Origin: Candidatus Woesearchaeota archaeon
GTDB taxonomy: Archaea > Nanobdellota > Nanobdellia > Pacearchaeales > GW2011-AR1
NCBI GenBank assembly: GCA_964623495.1
Contig: CAZUTV010000004.1
Location: forward strand, 16,587-80,586
Length of the DNA stretch: 64,000 nucleotides
Reading direction: 5' to 3'
Shown: one piece after another, positions 52,281 through 62,722 of the stretch
Numbering within the stretch: position 1 is the stretch's first letter
Layout of the letters: each line of letters starts with the position of its first letter
Made by a program: the position numbers and the translations under genes
The notes under the pieces: generated by a model
What the model saw: only the letters and a program-made list of their open reading frames with translations
Database searches by the model: none
What the model was told of the DNA's origin: nothing

Positions 52281-53141
52281 ATGCTAGAATCTTTAGTTAA
52301 TCCAAAAAGGATTGAAATAGGGGCTTGGAAAATGCTTTTTATTGGTCTTTTATACGGATCCCTCTCTCTTTTGCTTGTTAAATGGTTTTTTGCAAGCGAC
52401 ATAGTTTTGTCTAAGTTTTCTGGGATGATTGTTGTGGCATTTTGTGTAATGTTTTCTCTTCCATTTATGTATTTTCTTATAAAACAAGAAGAAGAGGAAG
52501 ATGAACAAGTTGAGGGGTTTTTCAGCGTTTTAAAAATGCATAAAGATGCAATCTTTGCGTTTATTTGGCTTTTTCTTGGGTTCATACTTGCTTTTTCTTT
52601 ATGGTACATGATCCTTAGCGATTCAAATTTATTCAATGCGCAGGTTGAAACTTATTGCATGATAAACAGTCCAGGAAATATAGAAGCGTGTGTTGCTAAA
52701 TACGACATAACTCAGAAGGCGATATCTACCGGGGCTGCAACAAAAGAGATGAGGTTTTTATCCATCATTGAAAATAATGTTTATGTCATGATCTTTACGC
52801 TTATATTCTCCCTAATTTTTGGGGCAGGGGCAATATTTGTGCTAGCCTGGAACGCAAGCGTCATATCTGCGGCAATAGGCATATTTACGAACTATGACAT
52901 CAAGGATATACCTTTTGGTGTATTAAGGTATATGATCCACGGTTTCCCTGAAATCGCGGCTTATTTTATAACAGCTCTTGCGGGGGGAATTTTTGGCATT
53001 GGAATAATAAAAAATGGGGTTAAAGGGCCAAAATTCCTAAGAATTGTAGAGAACGTAGTAATACTTCTCTTCATATCAATAATGATCCTAATCATTGCAG
53101 GAATTATTGAGGTCTACATTACGCCAACACTATTCAGATAG
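52281..53141 (+). CDS. SpoIIM/DUF95-family membrane protein
   Basis: C-terminal block VLAWNASV..MIHGFPEIAAYFITALAGGIFG is typical of this family. Confidence 0.55.
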   Translation: MLESLVNPKRIEIGAWKMLFIGLLYGSLSLLLVKWFFASDIVLSKFSGMIVVAFCVMFSLPFMYFLIKQEEEEDEQVEGFFSVLKMHKDAIFAFIWLFLGFILAFSLWYMILSDSNLFNAQVETYCMINSPGNIEACVAKYDITQKAISTGAATKEMRFLSIIENNVYVMIFTLIFSLIFGAGAIFVLAWNASVISAAIGIFTNYDIKDIPFGVLRYMIHGFPEIAAYFITALAGGIFGIGIIKNGVKGPKFLRIVENVVILLFISIMILIIAGIIEVYITPTLFR

Positions 53142-53204
53142 TTAATGTAAGAAAACTAAGAAATCTTTAAATAGAGTTCATATTTTGATAAATTGGAGGG
53201 AAAA

Positions 53205-53345
53205 ATGACCTGGTATATGTGCAAGATATGTAGGTATAGGTTCGAGACAGAGATGGAAAAATCAAGAAAGAAATGCCCGTATTGCGGGGAGGGAGAGATA
53301 ATGGGAGAACCTAACGCCGATGAATTACTAGTAGATGAAGAATAG
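53205..53345 (+). CDS. Small zinc-ribbon protein, 46 aa; absent from ORF track
   Basis: GGAGGG RBS. MTWYMCKICRYRFETEMEKSRKKCPYCGEGEIMGEPNADELLVDEE (CxxC..CxxC). Confidence 0.55.
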   Translation: MTWYMCKICRYRFETEMEKSRKKCPYCGEGEIMGEPNADELLVDEE

Positions 53346-53398
53346 AGATAAATTTGCAAACTAACAGTAATCCTCTTAAATAGTGTAAGGATCAAGAT

Positions 53399-56197
53399 AT
53401 GGAAGAAGAAAAACAGATAGAACAATCAGAAAAAAAGACAGACGAAAAAAATCTTGTAGTTGATGAACTAGAAGAAAGAAAAAAGAAATTCCTTACCTTA
53501 GTAAAAAAGAAAAAAGAATGGGTATTTTATTTGGTTCTTGCATTTATTACATATATTGCAGTTTATATTAGGACATTAAACATTCCTAAACTAAAAGATG
53601 TCACTACCGGAACTTGGACCCTGGGTCCTGATTTAGACCCTTTTCTTTTTCTTAGATGGGCAAAATACATAGTCGTTAATGGGGGGCTAATGGCAGTAGA
53701 CACACTTAGATATTCCCCTATAGGGTTTAACACTAGTGCTGAACTAAAGCTTTTATCTTATTTAATGGCCGGATTCCACAAGTTTTTATTATTCTTTAAT
53801 AAAGAAACAACTGTAACTTATTCTGCAATTTTATTCCCGGTCTTCATGTTTGCATTAACTGCAATTGCTTTCTTTCTATTTACAAGGAAGATTTTCTATA
53901 AAGAAACCTCAACAACAAGAAACATCATAGGTCTTTTGGCAACGCTTCTGTTTGTTCTAGTTCCTTCACTATTGCCTAGAACAATAGCGGGAATTCCAGA
54001 AAAAGAATCAGCAGCTTTCTTTTTTATGTTCATTAGCCTATATTTCTTCTTGGAAGCCTTTACTTCTGAAAAGAAGAAAAAAGGCTTGATATTTGGCGTT
54101 TTATCTGGAATTTCTACTGGACTGATGGCACTAGTTTGGGGAGCCTATATATTTATCTTTTTTGCTATTTCTATCATAATTTTAGTTGGGTTTGTTTTTG
54201 GGAAAGTCAGAGAAAGAGAATTAAACATTTATTTTCTATGGTTAATCTCCTCATTTATAGTAATGATCCCCAATTTTAAACCCGGAATTATTGGGGGACT
54301 TTTTTCTTCTAGCAGATATACTTTCTCTAATTTAATTGGTTCAACGTCAACTGGGTTAGCTATTGGAATTTTTGGGATAATTTTGTCAGGTATCTTAATT
54401 GCAAGGATTAAAAACGAAAAACTAAAAGATATTAAGAAAAAAACAAAACTTCCTGATGAAATCTTTTATTTGATTCTTTCTCTGCTATTAATAATAATCT
54501 TATCATTTATTGTCTTTGGCCCTGAGTTCTTCACACATAAAATTCAAGATGTTAAAGATTCTTTAATTTCGCCCCAAACTTCTAGATTGGGAATGACTGT
54601 AGCAGAAAACAAACAGCCATACTTTATCGATGATTGGAAAGGAAGTTTTGGGCCAATTTATCTAAACTTGCCTTTATTCTTTTGGATGTTTTTCATAGGT
54701 TCTGTTGCATTATTTTATAACCTAATAAAAAAATTTGAAAAGAAGGAGAAGATTGTATTGACACTAAGCTACTTGGTGTTCTTAATATGTCTTGTTTTTA
54801 GTAGATATTCTCCAAATAGTATTTTGAATGGAACTAGTGGATTTAGTATCTTGATTTATTTCGGTGGGGCAATATTATTTATTGGAACTTTCTTCTTCTA
54901 TTACTATCAAAACCATAAACGGGGAGAACACCATTTATTTGCAGATTTAAATTTTGCATATTTACTATACTTTTTGATCTTAACTCTAGCAATTATCGGA
55001 GCAAGGGGGGCTATAAGGTTAATCATGATGCTTGCCGCAGTTAGCCCTATTGCAATTGCATTTTTGGTTGTAAAAACAACGCAGAAAGTTAAGGAAGAGA
55101 AAGATGAGACAAAAAGGTTTCTTTTTGGAATATTGGCGTTGATTCTCATAATCTCAACAATACTCACAATCTCTGCATATTATAGAGAAGAAAAATACAG
55201 TGCTGAAAATTATGCTCCTGGTCCATATCAATGGCAGTGGCAAAAAGCCATGAACTGGGTTAGACAAAACACCTCAGAAAATGCTGTTTTTGCACATTGG
55301 TGGGATTATGGATATTGGCTTCAATCACTTGGTGAAAGAACGACTGTTTTGGATGGAAGCAACTCTATTGTTTACTGGAATTATATGATGGGTAGGCATG
55401 TTTTAACCGGAACTGATGAAAAGACAACAATTGATTTCCTTTATGCCCACAACACAACCCATTTGTTAATAGATTCAACAGAAATTGGAAAATATACTGC
55501 TTTTTCAAGCATAGGGTCTGATGAAAACTATGATAGATTTTCCTGGATTACAACATTTTTGATGGATGAAAGACAAACACAAGAAACCAGCAATGAAACA
55601 GTATATGTTTATCTGGGCTGGGCTGCAACAGATGAAGACATCAACTGGAAGGGCCCAGATGGAGAGATTTTTCTTCCAAAAAAGAAAGCAGGAATCGGAG
55701 CAGTTTTCATAAGGAAGGATAAAGAAAAATTCTTACAGTCAGAGGGTGTTTTCATATACAACGGGAACCAATATAAGATTCCACTAAGATATGCGTACAT
55801 TGATGGAAAACTGAATGATTTTGGCTCGGGACTTGATGCAGGAATTTTTGTTTTCCCAAGGATAGATGCAGATTCATCTGGGGGAATTAGACCTAACGAA
55901 TTTGGAGCTTTGATGTACCTTAGTCAAAGAACAGTGCACAGTAACCTTGCCAATCTTTATTTGTTTGACAAACCATCTACCTACTTTAATCTTACCCACA
56001 CAGAAAGCAGTTATATTGTTGATGTCTTAAAGGGGCAAGGATTATACCTTGGAGAATTTTTGTACTACAATGGGGTTCAAGGTCCTATAAAAATCTGGGA
56101 AATAAAATATCCAAACAACATTCAATTGAACTCAAGTTATCTAGAAAAGAACTTTCCAAATGAAGATTTGTTCTTGGCAAAGCCAGGGGAATATTAA
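53399..56197 (+). CDS. aglB: Archaeal oligosaccharyltransferase AglB (STT3 family)
   Basis: About 13-TM N-terminal half and the catalytic WWDYGYW motif (FAHWWDYGYWLQS). Confidence 0.9.
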   Translation: MEEEKQIEQSEKKTDEKNLVVDELEERKKKFLTLVKKKKEWVFYLVLAFITYIAVYIRTLNIPKLKDVTTGTWTLGPDLDPFLFLRWAKYIVVNGGLMAVDTLRYSPIGFNTSAELKLLSYLMAGFHKFLLFFNKETTVTYSAILFPVFMFALTAIAFFLFTRKIFYKETSTTRNIIGLLATLLFVLVPSLLPRTIAGIPEKESAAFFFMFISLYFFLEAFTSEKKKKGLIFGVLSGISTGLMALVWGAYIFIFFAISIIILVGFVFGKVRERELNIYFLWLISSFIVMIPNFKPGIIGGLFSSSRYTFSNLIGSTSTGLAIGIFGIILSGILIARIKNEKLKDIKKKTKLPDEIFYLILSLLLIIILSFIVFGPEFFTHKIQDVKDSLISPQTSRLGMTVAENKQPYFIDDWKGSFGPIYLNLPLFFWMFFIGSVALFYNLIKKFEKKEKIVLTLSYLVFLICLVFSRYSPNSILNGTSGFSILIYFGGAILFIGTFFFYYYQNHKRGEHHLFADLNFAYLLYFLILTLAIIGARGAIRLIMMLAAVSPIAIAFLVVKTTQKVKEEKDETKRFLFGILALILIISTILTISAYYREEKYSAENYAPGPYQWQWQKAMNWVRQNTSENAVFAHWWDYGYWLQSLGERTTVLDGSNSIVYWNYMMGRHVLTGTDEKTTIDFLYAHNTTHLLIDSTEIGKYTAFSSIGSDENYDRFSWITTFLMDERQTQETSNETVYVYLGWAATDEDINWKGPDGEIFLPKKKAGIGAVFIRKDKEKFLQSEGVFIYNGNQYKIPLRYAYIDGKLNDFGSGLDAGIFVFPRIDADSSGGIRPNEFGALMYLSQRTVHSNLANLYLFDKPSTYFNLTHTESSYIVDVLKGQGLYLGEFLYYNGVQGPIKIWEIKYPNNIQLNSSYLEKNFPNEDLFLAKPGEY

Positions 56198-57196
56198 ATG
56201 GAACCGATATTGATAATCTCCTTACTTACTAGTTTTCTCATTACTTTATTTTTTACTCCTTTTTGGATTAAAAAAGCAAAATTTGCCGGGCTTTTTGGAA
56301 AAGACATGAATAAAATAACAGGCAAAGAAGTTGCTGAAGGTGGTGGTGTAGGAGTATTGTTTGGATTTATCTTTGGAGTGTTAGTATATATTGCAATCAA
56401 AACTTTTTATTTTAAAACAACAGAAAATTTGATAACCACTTTCGCTTTAATAATCTCTATATTCCTGATTAGTTTTATTGGGTTGATCGATGATGTTCTT
56501 GGCTGGAAAATCGGTTTAACAAAAAAGACGAGAATCTTTCTTTTGATTTTTGGAGCAATTCCATTAATATTAATAAATGCTGGAGAATCAAACATGATGA
56601 ATATTGAACTGGGTTTAGCATATCCTTTAATAATTATTCCATTGGGTGTCGTGGGAGCTTCTGCAACGTTTAACTTTTTAGCAGGATATAATGGTCTGGA
56701 GGCAAGACAGGGAATAATAATCCTTTTAGCACTTGCACTAGTCACATGGTATACTGGAAGTGGTTGGCTTAGCATTATTTCTCTTTGCATGGTTTCCTCT
56801 TTGCTTGCTTTCTATGTATTCAATAAACTGCCTGCGGTTTTATTCCCGGGAAATGTTTTAACATATACTCTCGGGGCCTTGATTGCAGGTATAGCCATCT
56901 TGGGGAATATAGAAAAAATTGCAGCTTTCTTTTTTATCCCGTATATTTTAGAAACTTGTTTAAAAGTGAGGGGGAAACTAAAGAAAGAAAGCTTCTCTAA
57001 AGTAAATAAGGATGGAAGTTTAGAATTGCCTTATGAAAAAATATATGGATTAGAACATTTAGCAATCTTAATCTTAAAGAAATTCAAAAAAAGCAAAAAA
57101 GTCTATGAGAAAGAGGTTGTATTATTAATTAATATCTTCCAGATTTTAATCATTTTAATAGGACTATTTTTATTTAGGGGAACAATTTTTAATTAA
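56198..57196 (+). CDS. Glycosyltransferase family 4 (MraY/WecA/AglH-like) polyprenyl-phosphate sugar-1-phosphate transferase
   Basis: IGLIDDVLGW and NFLAGYNGLEARQG motifs. ATG directly abuts the aglB stop. Confidence 0.8.
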   Translation: MEPILIISLLTSFLITLFFTPFWIKKAKFAGLFGKDMNKITGKEVAEGGGVGVLFGFIFGVLVYIAIKTFYFKTTENLITTFALIISIFLISFIGLIDDVLGWKIGLTKKTRIFLLIFGAIPLILINAGESNMMNIELGLAYPLIIIPLGVVGASATFNFLAGYNGLEARQGIIILLALALVTWYTGSGWLSIISLCMVSSLLAFYVFNKLPAVLFPGNVLTYTLGALIAGIAILGNIEKIAAFFFIPYILETCLKVRGKLKKESFSKVNKDGSLELPYEKIYGLEHLAILILKKFKKSKKVYEKEVVLLINIFQILIILIGLFLFRGTIFN

Positions 57197-57211
57197 AATG
57201 ATAGCAATACG

Positions 57212-57278
57212 AACCTTTTGGAAAGGTTCCCAAACCAGATTATGCCATAAATAAACCTTTTAGAAAAAGGTTCCCAAA
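57212..57278 (+). repeat. Two tandem hairpin units: AACCTTT-TGG-AAAGGTT-CCCAAA and AACCTTTT-AGA-AAAAGGTT-CCCAAA
   Basis: Read directly from the sequence (57212-57234 and 57254-57278). Related to the hairpin at 25501-25521. Confidence 0.8.
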
Positions 57279-57309
57279 GATATGGAAAAATCTAAAAATA
57301 AACAATAAA

Positions 57310-58113
57310 ATGATAGCAATAACGGTTGATTGTGAACAGTGGAACGCTCCCTTATTGAGAGGGAGGAAAGACCCCGCAAATGACAATACAGAGTATAGTT
57401 ATGAAGGGAATAAAAAGATATTAGAAATTTTGGCAAAACATAAGATTTCTGCCACATTTTTTACAACTAGTTTTTTCGCAGAAAGACACCCAAAACAAAT
57501 CAAGGAAATATCAAAAAAACACGAGATTGCAAGTCACGGACACAGCCACACTTACCGAATTTCAAAAGAACTAGATATAGAGAAAGACATAAAGAAATCT
57601 AAGAAGGTCATAGAGAAAATTATTGGAAAGAAAATTATTGGTTTTAGAGCTCCCCAAGTTCAGTTTTCTAGTAAATTGATACACGTTCTTGAAAAACTGG
57701 ATTTTAGATATGATTCATCAATCCATTCTGCATGGCTTCCTGGGTTCTATAATCATAGAGATAAGCCCCTAAAACCACATTTGGTGGGCAAGATTGTTGA
57801 GATTCCGGCTTCTGCTAGCCACACATTAAGATTACCTTTTAATTGGATTTTTATGCGGAATCTTCCTTTAAGCTATAGTGTAAAGATTGTAAACAAACTC
57901 TTAAAGAAAAGAATAATTCCTGTAACCTATTTACATTCTTGGGAGTTTCATAATTTCAAGAGTAAAGCAGTTCCATTTTATATAACTAGAAATATCGGGG
58001 ATAAATTCTGTATGAAATTTGAAAAATTCCTAAATGCATTCAAAAATGAAAGATTTGTAACTATGACAGAGATTTATGAAGATTTCGGGCGCGGGCAAGA
58101 GGCAAAATCCTAG
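57310..58113 (+). CDS. Polysaccharide deacetylase (CE4 family)
   Basis: ITVDCE..., ATFFTT, IASHGHSHTY, GFRAPQ motifs. Confidence 0.8.
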   Translation: MIAITVDCEQWNAPLLRGRKDPANDNTEYSYEGNKKILEILAKHKISATFFTTSFFAERHPKQIKEISKKHEIASHGHSHTYRISKELDIEKDIKKSKKVIEKIIGKKIIGFRAPQVQFSSKLIHVLEKLDFRYDSSIHSAWLPGFYNHRDKPLKPHLVGKIVEIPASASHTLRLPFNWIFMRNLPLSYSVKIVNKLLKKRIIPVTYLHSWEFHNFKSKAVPFYITRNIGDKFCMKFEKFLNAFKNERFVTMTEIYEDFGRGQEAKS

Positions 58114-58920
58114 TTCTTCTAGCTGCTTTAACATAAATCCACTCGGCAATATGCTTTAAAGCGCCGGTGCAAGAACTATTTCTTTCATCATGAAAACCAA
58201 AAACAGCGGCATCAATTAACCCTTGCCTTAAAGAATCAACAACCCTTCTTCCATTAGCTAAGTTTAATCTTGGAATTTCCATATAATTTGAACCTATCTC
58301 CCACAAGGAATGCCCATCAGAGGAAACTAATTTTCCAAGCGTGTCTTCTAGTTCAGAATACTCCTGTCTCGCCTCATCAAAAAATGCTGCGCCCTCCTAT
58401 TTGCATTTCTAAACCCGGGAAGCCACAAACTTGCTTCTCCATTATGTACCTCAAAAAAATCAAAACCAAACAAATATTCTGGATTTTCTCTTAAGAATGG
58501 ACCCAGTCCATCCTTGTGGAAGGGATGATCTACTCCGATTAAAGCACCAAGATCTCTAGTTTCTTTTATAGCATCTTTTAGGGGTCTCCTTGAAACTGGA
58601 TTTCGGCCTTCTTCAAGTCCTAAAACCAAAACATCAGCATAACGACCATCAGGAAGCTTAACCTCAAATTCTGCTCCTTTAATAATGGTCACTGATTGCT
58701 CCGGAAAATGTACTGCGTTATCTAAATTAATTCTGTTATATCCTACAGAATTAACAAGATCCTCATATCTTATAGCAGGAGGATAATTAATTACTCCTAA
58801 AATTCCACCCTTTCATAACTTTTCCCTAGCTTTATCTATAACCGCGTTTAAACCAATTCCTCGTGGGAGAAATCCCCCGGTTTTTAAATGATTATGTAAA
58901 TCTGCCCTAACTAAATCCAT
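58061..58920 (-). pseudogene. PHP-domain metal-dependent phosphoesterase, disrupted by an in-frame TGA and a homopolymer frameshift
   Basis: MDLVRADLHNHLKTGG... carries an in-frame TGA at 58813-58815. The frame changes at the A6 run 58379-58384 (HNGEAS..NANRRAQH|FFDEARQEYSELEDTLGKLVSSDGHS). The 3' end overlaps the CE4 gene by 53 nt. Confidence 0.7.
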
Positions 58921-58962
58921 AAAAAGGCTAGAAGAATATTTCCTTTTAAAGATTTGTATAAA

Positions 58963-60027
58963 TTATGAACCCATCCCTTTTCTAATTTGTGGGCCAATGT
59001 ATTTAGCTAAAAAATTTGGCATTAAATATCTCCAAATGAAAGAGAACAAGGAGTACTTCTTGTTTCTTATATCTATAACTTCTTTTTTGTCATTAAAATA
59101 GTAATAAAGTTTTGAGGCTCTGACGATTTTTGGATTCCATTTCTTTTTGTAGTCATAATTTGAAGAGGTTTCTCTGGAAGTTCCTAAATCAAAGTGAGTT
59201 ATTCTCCCAAAATTGTCTTTTATAAAAGTCCATAAAATTAAGCTGTTGGCATTTAATGAATTATGTTTATCGTCGTTTGCTCCAAGATACCACGTTGCAT
59301 AATTTTCTTTTACTAAAAAAATAGACGACGAAACAACCTTTAAATCGTATTCTGCAATGTAAATTTTTAAGTTTCCGGAATTAAGCAAATCTCTTAAAAA
59401 CCGCTTAGATAATGGCGGAGAACCGAGCCTTTTCATTGTTCTTGAATAAATCTCGTAGAATTTGGCTAACCCACAAGAGGTATTATCTTCAAAAACCTTG
59501 ACTTGTTTTTTTTCTGAACTCTTAATAATATTTCTTAATTTTTTGTCTATTCTCTTCTTGAAATCATCTATTGTTCCAACAGATAAATCTAAAAAAAAGT
59601 TAAAATCTTTTAATGGCTCTTTACAACCATTTGACAAAAAAAAACCCATATTCTCTTCTTTTGGCCCCCGAATTTGTAGGTATTTCACGTTATTTTCATT
59701 TGCCAGATCTTTTATCTTTTTAAAGATTATTTTTAAGCACTCATTTACCTCGCTTTCCTTCTGAACAACAACATCGCCCCCATGGCCGGTAAAGGGGACA
59801 GCAATAAAGTGATTCCCAAAAAGCCTACTTTTCACCAAGAACAATGGAAAATAGGCAATAATGGTATTTTTATCTTTCACAACCAAGTTGAAACACTTGA
59901 AACCATAGTAATCAGATATCAGAGTTCCCCATTTTGATAACTTGAAAAACCTATAAGAATCAGTTGGACTATTCTCTAAGACAAAATTATCCAATAGTTC
60001 TTGGTTATTTGAAAGGTCTACTTCCAT
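58963..60027 (-). CDS. FemAB-like / GNAT-fold (Acetyltransf_6-type) acyl or aminoacyl transferase
   Basis: Two-lobed, about 350 aa. FFKLSKWGTLI..., YFPLFLVKSRLFG..AVPF..HGG, YLGANDDKHNSLNANSLILW, YDYKKKWNP follow the family layout. Confidence 0.45.
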   Translation of the reverse strand: MEVDLSNNQELLDNFVLENSPTDSYRFFKLSKWGTLISDYYGFKCFNLVVKDKNTIIAYFPLFLVKSRLFGNHFIAVPFTGHGGDVVVQKESEVNECLKIIFKKIKDLANENNVKYLQIRGPKEENMGFFLSNGCKEPLKDFNFFLDLSVGTIDDFKKRIDKKLRNIIKSSEKKQVKVFEDNTSCGLAKFYEIYSRTMKRLGSPPLSKRFLRDLLNSGNLKIYIAEYDLKVVSSSIFLVKENYATWYLGANDDKHNSLNANSLILWTFIKDNFGRITHFDLGTSRETSSNYDYKKKWNPKIVRASKLYYYFNDKKEVIDIRNKKYSLFSFIWRYLMPNFLAKYIGPQIRKGMGS

Positions 60028-60141
60028 TTTTTATGAATAAGGATTTTACCTCAAAAAAATTTTAGTCCTATGATCTACATAAAACTAGGGTTTATAATTG
60101 TTTTTGGATAACTTTAAAAGTAATTTAGACTTTTAAATTAA

Positions 60142-61083
60142 ATGGGTTTTAAATTAAAATATTTCAGTTTTATTGGAATAGCGATTTTGATTTGGTTGCT
60201 GCTTAAGATAGATTTCACTCAATTATTCACACTATTAGGGGATGTCAATCTTTGGTTACTAATACTAGCAGCCTTATTTTTTATGTTAAGTCTTATGGTT
60301 AATTTTCTTAGATGGCATTATATTGTAAATAATTTGGGTATCCACATACCTGTAAAAGAAGCCATAAAAATTTCGTTTAAATCTTTGTTTGCAGAAAATA
60401 CGCCGGGTAGAGTTGGAGAGCCATTATTAAAGGCAAGTTACCTAAAAGAAAGTGCGAAAAGTCATCTTTCAATTTCTCTGTTCTCAACAGTGTTTCATAA
60501 ATTTATTGATCTGTGGTCAGCGGTTATCCAAGCAATAGTGGTTGTCACCATATTATTTTTGCTTTTCAAGATCAAATTACTAGTGTTAATTCCCAGCATA
60601 CTCTTCTTTTCTTTAATAATAGCAACCATTTTTGTTCTTATTTACAACAGAAAGTTGAGTGCCAATATAATAAGACCAATTTATGATCTTTTTGTACCAA
60701 AAAAACACAAAGAAAAAGTAAGAAAGAACACCTTAGAATTTTATGAGAATTTTAAGAAAATAAATAAGGAAGTTTTATGGGTTAGTTTCTTTTATGATTT
60801 AGTAGAAGTAATAATAGCCGGCATAAGCCTTTACTTTATTGTGCTTTCTCTTAACCAAGATGTTCTTTTCATTCATCCGATATTATTAATTCCTCTCTTA
60901 ACGATAGGTGTCGGATTACCTATCAGTGTTGCTGGTTTGGGAATTAGAGAAACCATCTTGGTTTTCTACTTTGGGTTTTTAGAAATATCTCCTGAAGTTG
61001 CAATTGCAACAGGAATGATCTTTTTGATAATAAAACTCTTAAGCGCAATTCCTGGCTTAATTATTGGAATTCTTGAAAGATAG
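60142..61083 (+). CDS. Flippase-like (LPG-synthase-TM/UPF0104) membrane protein
   Basis: 8-TM protein of about 310 aa. ...LSLMVNFLRWHYIV.. and ..PISVAGLGIRE.. are typical of the family. Confidence 0.55.
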   Translation: MGFKLKYFSFIGIAILIWLLLKIDFTQLFTLLGDVNLWLLILAALFFMLSLMVNFLRWHYIVNNLGIHIPVKEAIKISFKSLFAENTPGRVGEPLLKASYLKESAKSHLSISLFSTVFHKFIDLWSAVIQAIVVVTILFLLFKIKLLVLIPSILFFSLIIATIFVLIYNRKLSANIIRPIYDLFVPKKHKEKVRKNTLEFYENFKKINKEVLWVSFFYDLVEVIIAGISLYFIVLSLNQDVLFIHPILLIPLLTIGVGLPISVAGLGIRETILVFYFGFLEISPEVAIATGMIFLIIKLLSAIPGLIIGILER

Positions 61084-62640
61084 ATCAGTATAATTAAACT
61101 GATAGATTATCAAAACCGGTTGTTGGTTTAAGGAATAAACCTGCACAGGAAAAACTAAATTTTGATTCTTTTGTGGCCAAACATAAACCCATTCTGGATG
61201 GCCTTCAAAGATTGAGACAGTCATGTACTTTGGTTTTAGTTCAGAGATATTTTTTAAAAAATCACCCTCTTCACGATAAGGGAAGGTCAATCTATCAGAA
61301 TAATATAAGTTTTGGGGCACGGATTGTGAAAAAACAATATCATTTTCATTAGAATGTTCTTTTATCCATATTCCTGCATTTTTAACTTGTTCGTAACTAG
61401 ATATCTTCTGTTTAATCAAACTATCCGCTCGCTCCAACTGTCCAAGTGGAACACCTCCAACGTTAAAAGAAGGCGCAGCAATAATAAATAAAAAGAAAAC
61501 AACAGTAAATATGCTGAGATTCTTACTATGTTTCTTTATTCTTTCATAGATTATCTTTAATCCATAACCGGAGATAAAAAATATCGCCGGATAAGAGGTC
61601 ATAATATATCTTTCATCATAAATTTTATATCTAAATGCAAAAAACAAAAATGGGAGAACCACCCACATAAACAGAAATAATCGATTAAATAACTCATTCT
61701 TTTTCTCTTGGTTTTCTGTTTTTTTAAACAAAAGATCAAACCCAAAAACTAGTTTAAGGAAATAACTCATTCCGATTATGAATAAAATCAATAATCCCCA
61801 CCTTAACGCATCAAGACCGATATAATTAAACCACGTCGTTGTTCCATAAGGCACGCCTTCGCCTTGTGCTTCTTCAAGAGTTGGAGCAGAGTTCATAATT
61901 CTTGAAGTAAAGAAAGCAAATGGATCGTTAAATTCTGCAATGAAAAATAAAATAAAAGGGAGCATGATTAAAATTCCTAATATTAAAAAAATCCAGATGT
62001 TTTTGTTTGTAAATATCCTGAATTTTTCTTTGAGAAGAATAAAAATTAGAAGTATCGGCCCAAATAAGGCAGTTATTTCTCTAGCAAAAACCGCTAAAAT
62101 GAACAGAGGGCCGGAAAACCAAAGATATTTTGGTTTTGGATTTTCACTCAGATATCCTTTGTAAAAAAAGACCATTGCTATTAAAAAAACAAATAAGCCA
62201 AAATTATCTGGCATTAAACGAGAGGTGACATAAAGATTTACCCAAAAAACAGACATAACAAAAGCAGCAAATAATCCCACAAACTTATCAAAAAATTTAT
62301 TGCCAAGCCAATAAGTCATGGCTACGCAAGCAACCATAAATAAAACATGAAGAAATTTAAAGAAAACTTCACTAAACCCCAATTTCAATAGTGGAACCCA
62401 CATAAAAACCTCTAGGATTGACCTTCCAGCACTACCATATAAAGAATCTGAAAAACCAAAGGCAAGATGTTTTGCATTAACGCCGTAAACGGCTTCATCC
62501 CACCAAAGAGTTTGATTTTTTGTTAAGAAGAAATAATAAAGGTTTATCGATAAAGTTAAAACTAGAATGATCACAAGAAGATAATTCTCTTTTAAGAATT
62601 GATTTAATTTCTTTTCTCTTTTTTCAATTTCCTCTTCCAT
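61057..62640 (-). CDS. GT39/GT83-like (ArnT/PMT-type) polyprenyl-phosphate-sugar dependent glycosyltransferase
   Basis: Polytopic protein with first-loop motif LWWDEAVYG. Confidence 0.55.
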   Translation of the reverse strand: MEEEIEKREKKLNQFLKENYLLVIILVLTLSINLYYFFLTKNQTLWWDEAVYGVNAKHLAFGFSDSLYGSAGRSILEVFMWVPLLKLGFSEVFFKFLHVLFMVACVAMTYWLGNKFFDKFVGLFAAFVMSVFWVNLYVTSRLMPDNFGLFVFLIAMVFFYKGYLSENPKPKYLWFSGPLFILAVFAREITALFGPILLIFILLKEKFRIFTNKNIWIFLILGILIMLPFILFFIAEFNDPFAFFTSRIMNSAPTLEEAQGEGVPYGTTTWFNYIGLDALRWGLLILFIIGMSYFLKLVFGFDLLFKKTENQEKKNELFNRLFLFMWVVLPFLFFAFRYKIYDERYIMTSYPAIFFISGYGLKIIYERIKKHSKNLSIFTVVFFLFIIAAPSFNVGGVPLGQLERADSLIKQKISSYEQVKNAGIWIKEHSNENDIVFSQSVPQNLYYSDRLTFPYREEGDFLKNISELKPKYMTVSIFEGHPEWVYVWPQKNQNLVFPVQVYSLNQQPVLIIYQFNYTDLSFKNSNN

Positions 62641-62722
62641 TGTTTTAAAAATCTACCTTAATTTATAAGGGTTTGTATGTTTAATAAGCAACCTATATAA
62701 ATAGTTTAAAAGTGATAAGTTT

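Noticed and set aside
53156-53425. 89-aa minus-strand ORF.
   Set aside because: Implausible low-complexity peptide. The plus strand has an RBS-preceded CxxC..CxxC zinc-ribbon ORF, and the region also overlaps the aglB start.
57212-57278. Tandem hairpin repeats as a possible mini-CRISPR array.
   Set aside because: Only two units, each AT-rich and about 23 nt, with no cas genes and a spacer that is not unique-sequence-like. It fits an intercistronic hairpin element better.
58813-58815. In-frame TGA as evidence for UGA recoding or an alternative genetic code.
   Set aside because: TGA terminates several highly conserved genes here (L3, L4, S17, L40e) at their expected ends, and the same gene also carries a frameshift. 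Pseudogenisation or sequencing error is more parsimonious.
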